Part shown: piece after piece, positions 8,276 through 15,806 of the stretch
How positions within the stretch are numbered: the stretch's first letter is position 1
Layout of the letters: every line of letters begins with the position of its first letter
NCBI GenBank assembly: GCA_036338595.1
Contig: JAYZBV010000090.1
Span: forward strand, 1-21,193
From: Planctomycetota bacterium
Lineage (GTDB): Bacteria; Planctomycetota; UBA8108; UBA1146
Direction: 5' to 3'
Length of the DNA: 21,193 nucleotides
Made by a program: the position numbers and the translations under genes
The notes under the pieces: generated by a model
What the model saw: the letters and a program-made list of their open reading frames with translations, nothing else
Told to the model about the DNA's origin: nothing
Databases searched by the model: none

Positions 8276-9151
8276 ATGTTACAGTTGCTAATGAGGAGTT
8301 CGGTACATGCATTGGTGCTGCTGCTGACCTTGATGGTCGGCACTGCCGCTTCCCAGGATCCTGCCGAAGGGGAAACTTCCGGCGAGAGCCAGGAAAGTGT
8401 ACTCGATCAACTCCAGGTCAAGATGATCGCTGGAATCGGCGACAAGGCCGCCCTGGAAAAGATCAAGAATCGCAGGGTCCTCTCCTCGGTTCTGATTCCA
8501 GGTGCAGGAATCGAGGCCAAGCACTTCAGCTACATCTCTGCAGCAGGTGAGATGGTCGAGTCTCTCTTCATCGAAGGGTATGGTGACTTTCGACAGGGGA
8601 TTCATGGGGATCTAGCATGGTCTCATGATCCCATCAACGGCCCTGCAATCCTCGCCGGTGCGATGAAGGATCAACTTCGTCGTGGTTCTCGCATTTTCAC
8701 TCCGCTCTATTTCATGACAGATTACGCCTCTGCGACGGCAGCGGGTGAAGAGATGATTGGCGAGGTAGATTGCGACATCTTCATCTTCAAGACCAAGACA
8801 GGTACTGAAGAAAAATACTGGATCTCGAAAGATGTGAGCCGGGTGATCCAGGTCACCCTCACTGCGGATTCCCCGATGGGAAAGATCCCGATGAGTATGC
8901 AACTGACCGACTACAAGCAGGTCGAGCAGATCTGGTACGCCCATACGATGGATATCCAGCAGGGGACCCAGAAGATGCAGATGATCATCCAGGATGTTCA
9001 ACACGATGTAGAACCGAAAGAAGATGAACTGACCATCCCCGCGCAGGTTCAGGAACTCGTAGATAGGAAAAAAGCCGCAAAGGAGGAAGCCGAGAAGAAA
9101 GATGAAGAAGCAAAAGAACCAGCGCCTGAAGAAAAGGAATCTGATAGTTGA
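8276..9151 (+). CDS. Secreted protein with probable LolA-like (lipoprotein-sorting-type) beta fold and a Lys/Glu-rich tail
   Basis: ATG 8276 lies 7 nt after AGGAG. Signal peptide ends in AAS-Q. GDLAWSHDPINGP, EKYWISKD and LTDYKQVEQIWYAH resemble LolA-like families. The fold is an inference. Confidence 0.6.
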   Translation: MLQLLMRSSVHALVLLLTLMVGTAASQDPAEGETSGESQESVLDQLQVKMIAGIGDKAALEKIKNRRVLSSVLIPGAGIEAKHFSYISAAGEMVESLFIEGYGDFRQGIHGDLAWSHDPINGPAILAGAMKDQLRRGSRIFTPLYFMTDYASATAAGEEMIGEVDCDIFIFKTKTGTEEKYWISKDVSRVIQVTLTADSPMGKIPMSMQLTDYKQVEQIWYAHTMDIQQGTQKMQMIIQDVQHDVEPKEDELTIPAQVQELVDRKKAAKEEAEKKDEEAKEPAPEEKESDS

Positions 9152-9198
9152 TCATCCGTCGCTAGTTGCCATCAGTGGCCACCGAGTCATCGCCGGTA

Positions 9199-10260
9199 CT
9201 AGGTAGTCGGTAGTGAAACTCCTGGAATGAATACCTCGACATTGGCTTCTCGCCAGAGACTCTCCTCGAACTGCTTTCTTTTCTTCTGTTCAAGGTCCCT
9301 CGTCAGGATCGTCCGGATCTGATCCTGTGCCCGGGCGAAATCGAGCGGAACACCCTCAGCCCGCTCCACCATGAGAATCTTGTGTATGTAGCCGCGGCAG
9401 ATGAACCAATCGGATGTGTCTCCGGGTTTGAGTCCCCTGACCACCTCTGGCACGGGGGGGAATCGAGCATCGAGTTCGGAGTCAGTCATCCGGTAAAGGC
9501 CACCGATGTCGCGCCGAGGTCCCATCGACCATTTCTTGACCAACTCCTCGAAATCATCTCCAGCTTCCAGTGCTCGTGACGACTCCTCCCGAATACGGCT
9601 GGAGTCTGGATCATCCATGGCAATCAGAAGCTGCCGAAACGAGATATGGCTTTCACCTGTGAACTCTGCCTGGTGACTCTTGTAGTACTCTCGTAGTTTC
9701 TTGGGAGAGATACTGCGAGTACTCCGGATCTTTCTCCTGCGAAGTTCATCGATCCTCAATTCCTCGCCGAGTCTGGTTCTCAGATCCATTTCGCCTTCAC
9801 CGAATTGCTGCTCCCAGAGAGCCAGGTAATCATCGATGGAGTATCGAGTTCCTTCTGCTCGGCTCAACCTATCGACGGTGTCTTGAAGGTAGGATTCGAC
9901 TGCTTCTGGAGGAAGCACGATTTTTTCGTGGATGGCTCTCTGCAAGAGAAGTTGTCTCTCGATCAGGCTTCGGAGAACAATGGGTAGTAGCCTCGCAGTT
10001 TCCTGCTCGATCAAACTTTCATGGATCTGCCCCCTTGCGGAGGTGATCTGCCGGTGCACCGCGCGATCGAGTTCGGCAAGGGTGATCACGGTTCCATCGA
10101 TCCGTGCTGCAAAACCGTTTTCTACCGGGAGTTCCTGTCCATCGACCGATGAAATGCACAGTAGAAGCCCCAGCAACACCATCCATGGTGTCCGGCGGGG
10201 CAATTTCCAGATCCAGAATTGGCGGCTGGAGTCAGCCTTGAGCACTCTGTTGTTCTTCAT
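9199..10260 (-). CDS. SurA/PrsA-like foldase with a parvulin (PpiC-type) PPIase domain
   Basis: AARIDGTVITLAEL and LIERQLLLQRA (SurA N-domain-like); FRQLLI...GDDFEELVKKWS...GG...LKPGDTSD (rotamase). Start could be further downstream. Confidence 0.85.
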   Translation of the reverse strand: MKNNRVLKADSSRQFWIWKLPRRTPWMVLLGLLLCISSVDGQELPVENGFAARIDGTVITLAELDRAVHRQITSARGQIHESLIEQETARLLPIVLRSLIERQLLLQRAIHEKIVLPPEAVESYLQDTVDRLSRAEGTRYSIDDYLALWEQQFGEGEMDLRTRLGEELRIDELRRRKIRSTRSISPKKLREYYKSHQAEFTGESHISFRQLLIAMDDPDSSRIREESSRALEAGDDFEELVKKWSMGPRRDIGGLYRMTDSELDARFPPVPEVVRGLKPGDTSDWFICRGYIHKILMVERAEGVPLDFARAQDQIRTILTRDLEQKKRKQFEESLWREANVEVFIPGVSLPTT

Positions 10261-10442
10261 CTTGGCCTTCGATTGCAGGAATTCCTCTTCCAGTCAGATG
10301 TCGCCAGAACCGGTCTGGATCCGTTCAGGAGAGGATATCCTGCTCACACTGCGCATCCAGCCCGTTGGCATGGTTGGCGATTAATGTCCGCAGGACTATC
10401 ATCGGGTGCTTGGACCGCAGGGGCGGCTGTTGACCCGATTTG

Positions 10443-10458
10443 GACCGTTTCAACGGTC
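10443..10458. promoter_or_regulatory. Inverted repeat GACCGTT-TC-AACGGTC abutting the trkA RBS (candidate operator or RNA hairpin)
   Basis: Perfect 7-bp arms with a 2-nt spacer, followed immediately by AGGAG at 10459-10463. Confidence 0.4.
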
Positions 10459-10468
10459 AGGAGAAGAT

Positions 10469-11833
10469 ATGCGTATCGTCGTGGTGGGTGCAGGTGTGGT
10501 TGGATCCCATCTTGCGGAGAGGCTCTCCGCAGAGGGGCACAAGATCACGATCGTCGATGCAGATCCTGCACTCGTGCACCGGATCGACGACCGCCTCAAT
10601 GTGCAGGCGATCCACGGAAATGCGGCGAGTCCCAAGTCATTACGCAAGGCGAAGGCAGACAGTGCCGACCTCGTCATCGCGGTGACTGATCGAGATGAGA
10701 CCAACATCGTTGTCAGCTTGCTGGCCAAGAGCCTGGGTGCAAAGAAGGTCGTCGTACGACTACGTAATGCAGAACTCTCGTCTTCTGCTTCCCCATTGCT
10801 GCCAGAAGCCTACGGAGCGGATCTGATTGTCAATCCGGTCGACGCTACAGCTGAGAAGTTGCTCAGGCTGGTTCAAAATCCGGGAGCCTTCGATGTATTC
10901 GATTTTGCCGACGGAGAGATGGTGTTGTGGGGATATCAGATCTCGCAAGGGTCTCCTCTGGATGGAATTGTCTTGAAGGATCTTCGCAAGAGATACGACA
11001 GGATCCCCGGGCTGATCGTTGCGATTTCCAGAGAAGCAGGCCTGGTGATTCCAAGCGGGGATGACGCGCTCAAGGATGGCGATCAGATCTATGTATTGTT
11101 ACCTCGGACAAAGACGGAGGAGTTCAAGGCCATTGCTCACCCCGAGGCGGAAGTGGTTGAACAGGTTTTCATCGTCGGAGCCACTCAACTCGGTCTGGAA
11201 GTCGCGCGCAGACTGGAAGGGGTCGTGAAGTCGATCATTCTGGTCGAGAAGGACCGCATCGCTGCGGAGAAAGCTTCCGAGACACTCGAGCGGACGCTGG
11301 TACTTCACGGCAATATCGCGGATCCAGATTTTGCTGCCGAGAACAGGATCGGAGATGCGGACTTTTTCCTGTCCCTTGAAAACGGCGATGCGGAAAACCT
11401 TACAAATGCACTGCTGGCCAACAAACTGGGAGTTCGTCGGATACTCATCCGGACGGAGCAGCCCCAGTTCCTTCCGATTCTCAAGCAAGCCGCAGTGGGA
11501 GAGGCAGTCAACCCGCGAAGGATCACCGTCAGTGCCATCATGAGAGAACTTCGGCGCGGACGGGTGATCGCTGTGTCCCAGGTGGGTGATTCAGGAGCCG
11601 AGGCGAGGGAGTACGAGGTCACGGCGGATCAGGCTGTCTGTGGCAAGAAGATCGTGGATCTCCATCTTCCCAATGATTGCATCATTGGTGCCATCCAGCG
11701 AGGGGATGAGATCTTTACTGCGAGTGGAGACTCCGTCATCCAGGAGGGTGATCACGTGATCATCTTTGCCCTTCCGGAAGCAGTCGATGCCATAGAAAAA
11801 GTCTTCACACGTCGTCGAGGGATATTGCGTTGA
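10469..11833 (+). CDS. trkA: Trk potassium uptake system regulatory subunit TrkA (two RCK domains)
   Basis: MRIVVVGAGVVG, ADLVIAVTDRDETN and a duplicated RCK N/C organisation. RBS AGGAG 10459-10463. Stop overlaps the trkH start. Confidence 0.95.
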   Translation: MRIVVVGAGVVGSHLAERLSAEGHKITIVDADPALVHRIDDRLNVQAIHGNAASPKSLRKAKADSADLVIAVTDRDETNIVVSLLAKSLGAKKVVVRLRNAELSSSASPLLPEAYGADLIVNPVDATAEKLLRLVQNPGAFDVFDFADGEMVLWGYQISQGSPLDGIVLKDLRKRYDRIPGLIVAISREAGLVIPSGDDALKDGDQIYVLLPRTKTEEFKAIAHPEAEVVEQVFIVGATQLGLEVARRLEGVVKSIILVEKDRIAAEKASETLERTLVLHGNIADPDFAAENRIGDADFFLSLENGDAENLTNALLANKLGVRRILIRTEQPQFLPILKQAAVGEAVNPRRITVSAIMRELRRGRVIAVSQVGDSGAEAREYEVTADQAVCGKKIVDLHLPNDCIIGAIQRGDEIFTASGDSVIQEGDHVIIFALPEAVDAIEKVFTRRRGILR

Positions 11834-13383
11834 GATTTCGACCGATCCTCGCAGTACTGGGATTACTGATACTCACCCTGTCCGGGGTTTTACTGATCCC
11901 CCTAGCCGTTGCATGGGGCCTCGAATCAAAGCATGAACTCCCGTCGTTCTACACGACCATCGGGATCTGCCTGGTCACGGGCCTCGTCTTATGGGGATCG
12001 AATCGAGGATGCCAGAAGGATCTACGTGCAAGAGAAGCGTTTGCCGTGGTGGGATTGGGCTGGGCATCGTTGAGTTTTTTCGGCTCCTTGCCGTTCTGGC
12101 TCGATCCCGTTGGAATACCTAGCCTGCTCGATGCCTACTTCGAGACGATGAGTGGATTCACAACCACCGGCGCCACCATCCTCACCGACATCGAGGCCTT
12201 GCCTCCCGGGCTTCTCTTCTGGAGGAGCCTCACCCAGTGGTTTGGGGGCATGGGAATCGTGCTTCTCACCGTTGCAGTGCTGCCATTACTGGGCTCCGGT
12301 GGAATTCAGATGATGCGGGCAGAGGTGCCCGGTCCGACCGCCGAGAAATTAGCGCCGCGGGTGGCTCAGACCGCCATGATGCTGTGGGGACTGTATCTTC
12401 TCCTCACTGTTGTTGTTGCAGGACTGTTGCTACCAGTGATGGACTGGTTCGATGCGGTCACGCTGTCGTTTTCTACACTGGCTACGGGTGGATTTTCGAT
12501 CAAGAACGCGAGCGTTGCGCACTTTGATAGCGCATACGTCGATGCAGTGATCACGATCTTCGTGTTGATCGCAGGTGTGAACTTCGTTCTTCATTATCGA
12601 GCGCTCTTTCAAGGGCGTCCGATGTACTATCGAAACAGCGAACTGCGTTTCTTTGTCGGTCTCATCCTCTGTTCGATCATCTTTGTGACCTTGATGTTGC
12701 ATCTCGGGACTTATCCTGACCGTATCGAAAATTCTGAAAAGTACGGGACACTGGGTCAGTGTTTTCGATATGCCAGTTTTCAGGTGGCATCCATCGGCAC
12801 GGGCGCTGGCTTTGTTACCGCCGATTACGATCACTGGCCCAACGCATGCAGGGTCGTTTTGATTGTATTGATGGTCATAGGAGGATGTGCCGGGAGTACC
12901 GCAGGCGGAATCAAGATCTTCCGGGTCCTGACCCTGGTCAAATATGGTTTACGTGAGATCGCATTGTTGATCCGACCCCATGCGGTACTCCCCATCAAGA
13001 TCGGAGGGGAGGCCATCGAGAGGGAAGTGATTGCCAGGGTGCTTGGCTTTCTTGCCTTGTGGATGCTGTTATTCCTCGTTTCGTTACTGTTGCTCTCCTT
13101 CGTGCTGGATCCCGCCTGGTCTGAGGATGCCGGTAGCCTCTCTGCCAGTAGTGCGCAGACGGTCAGCGGTGCGCTGGAAGATGATCATCTGCTGACCGCG
13201 TTAGGGGCGACCCTCTCGACGATAGGGAATGTTGGACCTGGTATAGCAGGTGTCGGACCCCTCGAAAATTTCTCTGCCATCCCTGCGATAGGCAAGGTCT
13301 TGCTGATCTTCCTGATGCTGCTGGGTCGCCTGGAGATCTATGCGGTTCTGGTAATTTTCTTGCCGATGACATGGCGTCGGTGA
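11830..13383 (+). CDS. trkH: Trk potassium uptake membrane protein TrkH
   Basis: Pore loops FETMSGFTTTGAT, STLATGGFS, SIGTGAGF and TIGNVGPG, plus GGCAGSTAGGIK and MLLGRLEI. TTGA overlap with trkA. Confidence 0.96.
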   Translation: MRFRPILAVLGLLILTLSGVLLIPLAVAWGLESKHELPSFYTTIGICLVTGLVLWGSNRGCQKDLRAREAFAVVGLGWASLSFFGSLPFWLDPVGIPSLLDAYFETMSGFTTTGATILTDIEALPPGLLFWRSLTQWFGGMGIVLLTVAVLPLLGSGGIQMMRAEVPGPTAEKLAPRVAQTAMMLWGLYLLLTVVVAGLLLPVMDWFDAVTLSFSTLATGGFSIKNASVAHFDSAYVDAVITIFVLIAGVNFVLHYRALFQGRPMYYRNSELRFFVGLILCSIIFVTLMLHLGTYPDRIENSEKYGTLGQCFRYASFQVASIGTGAGFVTADYDHWPNACRVVLIVLMVIGGCAGSTAGGIKIFRVLTLVKYGLREIALLIRPHAVLPIKIGGEAIEREVIARVLGFLALWMLLFLVSLLLLSFVLDPAWSEDAGSLSASSAQTVSGALEDDHLLTALGATLSTIGNVGPGIAGVGPLENFSAIPAIGKVLLIFLMLLGRLEIYAVLVIFLPMTWRR

Positions 13384-13389
13384 CCGATT

Positions 13390-14085
13390 TCAGGGCAGAT
13401 CGAAGAGCAGAAGATCGGCGTCCTCGATCACATCCATCCGGTAACTGTCTACCTCATCGATGGCGGCTCCGTCACCTGATTCCAGCGTGACTCCATCGAG
13501 TTGAACCGATCCGGAGACCACCTGAATCCAGTGCCCTCGTGAATCCCTGATCCTGTTCTCGATGATGGAATTATCGCTCTGACTTCGGCGAGATATCCGT
13601 ACATCCTGAGCGATGGTCAGAGATTCACCTTCTCCATCTTCAGAGACGATCAGTTGCCACTGGCCGATTCGTTCCGACGGGTCATAAGCTCTCTGGTCAT
13701 ATCTGGAATCCACTCCACCCCGTGCCGGGACGATCCAGATCTGATAGAGATGGAGTTCTTCTTCGTAAGGATTCGACTCGCTGTGGACGATCCCTCGTCC
13801 AGCGCTCATCACCTGGACCTCATCCTGCGTGAGGACTCCGGAGTTACCGATGGAGTCCTCATGAGCGATGGTTCCTGAGAGTACCAGGGTGATGATCTCC
13901 ATTTCACTGTGCGAGTGAGATGGAAATCCCGTTCCAGAGGCGATCCAGTCCTCGTTCATCACGCGTAGGCAACGCCAGCCCATCCAGTCCGGATCGTGAT
14001 AATCGGCAAAGCTGAACGCGTGACGAGTTTTGAGCCAGCCATGATCTGCAACTCCTCTGCCAGATGCAGGTCGAAATTGGATCAT
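13390..14085 (-). CDS. Pirin family bicupin (YhhW-like)
   Basis: RGVADHGWLKTRHAFSFADY, GFPSHSHSEMEI, VQVMSAGRGIVHSE, LYQIWI. ATG 14085 overlaps the upstream stop (ATGA). Confidence 0.93.
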   Translation of the reverse strand: MIQFRPASGRGVADHGWLKTRHAFSFADYHDPDWMGWRCLRVMNEDWIASGTGFPSHSHSEMEIITLVLSGTIAHEDSIGNSGVLTQDEVQVMSAGRGIVHSESNPYEEELHLYQIWIVPARGGVDSRYDQRAYDPSERIGQWQLIVSEDGEGESLTIAQDVRISRRSQSDNSIIENRIRDSRGHWIQVVSGSVQLDGVTLESGDGAAIDEVDSYRMDVIEDADLLLFDLP

Positions 14086-15443
14086 GGAGAAATCTCGTCG
14101 AGGAACCACGCTGCGGTTTCGATACCCCTCTGGTAATCAGGCAAGTGGAATTTTTCATTGGGAGAGTGTGCGTTATCGTCGGGAAGCCCGAGGCCAAGAA
14201 GAATGGTATCGATACCCAGGATTTTTTTCAGGTCACTGACGACGGGAATGGAGCCACCCTCTCGAATGAAGACCGGAGCCTTTCCGAAGCCTTTCTCGAC
14301 AGCGATGGCTGCGGCTTCTAACCATTCGCTGTTTCGTTCGACGAGCACAGGCTCAGCGCCGTGGTGAACGGACACTTCGATGGTGCAACTGGGAGGACAG
14401 AGTGAACGAAGGTGATCTGAAACCAGGGTTTCAATCACCCTTGGATCTTGATCTGGAACCAGGCGCATCGATAGCTTGGCACTGGCGTGCGCAGGCAGGA
14501 CCGTCTTGGCTCCCTCCCCTGTCCAGCCACTGAGCAATCCATTGATATCGAGTGTCGGCCTTGCGCCCTTTCGTTCGAGAGTTGTCCAGCCGGCTTCTCC
14601 ATGGACCTGAGGAACATCCAGATCGTTACGGAAGCCCTCCTCGTCAAAGGGCAGCGATGCAAAATCTTCTCTCTCCTCGGGAGTCAGGTCGCGAACATCA
14701 TCGTAGAAGCCAGGGATCGTGATCCTGCCCTCTTCATCACGGAGGGAACCCAGGATTCTGGTCAATGCATTGGCTGGGTTCTCGACAGAACCACCGAAGG
14801 AACCGGAATGCAGATCTCTGTTGGGTCCCTGAACGAAGACCTCCAGATAAACGAGTCCTTTCAATGCCACCGTGATGGCTGGAATTCCCGGAGCGAACTG
14901 GGAACAGTCAGAGATCACCGCAACATCAGCGGTCAACTCGTCGCTGTGGGCTTTGATGTAGGGGGCCAGATTTGGCGAGCCGATTTCTTCTTCACCCTCG
15001 ATGAGAAACTTGATGTTGACCGGTAGCGATCCTCGCTCCTTCAGAATTCCACAGACTCCACGGACGAGGGCCAGCACCTGCCCCTTGTCGTCAGTGGCTC
15101 CACGCGCGATCAGATCATCCCCCTCGATGGTCGGCTCGAAGGCACCGTGACGCCAGAGTTCCAGAGGTTCGGGGGGCTGGACATCATAGTGACCGTAGAT
15201 GAGGACCGTGGGGGCTCCTGCAGCCCCGGTCCAGGATGCGAAACAGACCGGGTGTCCCTCAGTTTCGTCAAGCCTGGCATCGAAACCAGAGGTCGCCAGT
15301 TCCTCCAGTATCCACTCACCTGCTCGCCTCACATCGCCCCCACGCTGGCTATCGGTCGAGATGCTGGGGATTCGTAACCACTCCACCAGCCTGTCGATGT
15401 GCTGCTGGCGATCGCCGGATAGTTTCTCGATGATTTCATGCAT
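14082..15443 (-). CDS. M20 family metallo-dipeptidase (ArgE/DapE/CNDP2-like)
   Basis: YGHYDVQP, ARGATDDKGQ, IEGEEEIGS, DLHSG, GGSIP, AHSPNE. AGGAG precedes ATG 15443. Confidence 0.94.
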   Translation of the reverse strand: MHEIIEKLSGDRQQHIDRLVEWLRIPSISTDSQRGGDVRRAGEWILEELATSGFDARLDETEGHPVCFASWTGAAGAPTVLIYGHYDVQPPEPLELWRHGAFEPTIEGDDLIARGATDDKGQVLALVRGVCGILKERGSLPVNIKFLIEGEEEIGSPNLAPYIKAHSDELTADVAVISDCSQFAPGIPAITVALKGLVYLEVFVQGPNRDLHSGSFGGSVENPANALTRILGSLRDEEGRITIPGFYDDVRDLTPEEREDFASLPFDEEGFRNDLDVPQVHGEAGWTTLERKGARPTLDINGLLSGWTGEGAKTVLPAHASAKLSMRLVPDQDPRVIETLVSDHLRSLCPPSCTIEVSVHHGAEPVLVERNSEWLEAAAIAVEKGFGKAPVFIREGGSIPVVSDLKKILGIDTILLGLGLPDDNAHSPNEKFHLPDYQRGIETAAWFLDEISP

Positions 15444-15553
15444 CTGTTCTCCTGACATTTGCGGGTCTGCTGGTAGACCCGCTCCTGGATCCGTACCATA
15501 AATGACCATGACGCTCCGTGGGAGCCAACCCGAAGGATTGGAGACACCAGATC

Positions 15554-15781
15554 ATGGAAATCAGTATCGAATACTGTGTGCAGTGAAACTACACACCGCA
15601 GGCCACCAGTTTGGCGGCCGAAATAGAAAAGAAGTACGGAATCTCCTCCAGGCTCATCGAGGGTGGAGGCGGAGTATTCGAGGTGTGTGTGGATGGAGAC
15701 CTCATCTTCAGCAAAAAAGAGCTGGATCGGTTTCCGGAGCACTCGGAGATCTTCTCGATGTTGGATACCAAGCAATCCTGA
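15554..15781 (+). CDS. SelW/SelT/SelH (Rdx family) selenoprotein, 75 aa, CxxU motif with Sec encoded by in-frame UGA 15584-15586
   Basis: Manual translation: MEISIEYCVQ-U-NYTPQATSLAAEIEKKYGISSRLIEGGGGVFEVCVDGDLIFSKKELDRFPEHSEIFSMLDTKQS*. It has the Rdx signature IEYCxxU...GGxFEV...IFSK...RFP, RBS GGAG at 15540-15543 and a hairpin downstream of the UGA. Not in the ORF track. Confidence 0.92.
15601..15619 (+). promoter_or_regulatory. Candidate bacterial SECIS hairpin
   Basis: GGCCACCA-GTT-TGGCGGCC forms 7 of 8 pairs with a small apical loop starting with G (15609), 22 nt after the UGA. Confidence 0.65.
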
Positions 15782-15806
15782 TTGTTTCATGGGAGTTTAA
15801 TTTCAG

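Noticed and set aside
10261..10468. c-di-AMP riboswitch upstream of trkA
   Set aside because: Plausible from context, but no ydaO/yuaA consensus is recognisable by eye; an Infernal search would be needed.
15584..15586. UGA reassigned genome-wide to Trp or Gly (code 4/25)
   Set aside because: TGA ends many genes here at family-appropriate C-termini (trkA, trkH, ettA, cutC, pirin), and no other gene shows an internal TGA.
15329..15790. 153-aa minus-strand ORF, plus 15502-15810 (+) and 15589-15771 (-), covering the gap before ettA
   Set aside because: No recognisable motifs; these are shadows of the selenoprotein gene, which explains the region.
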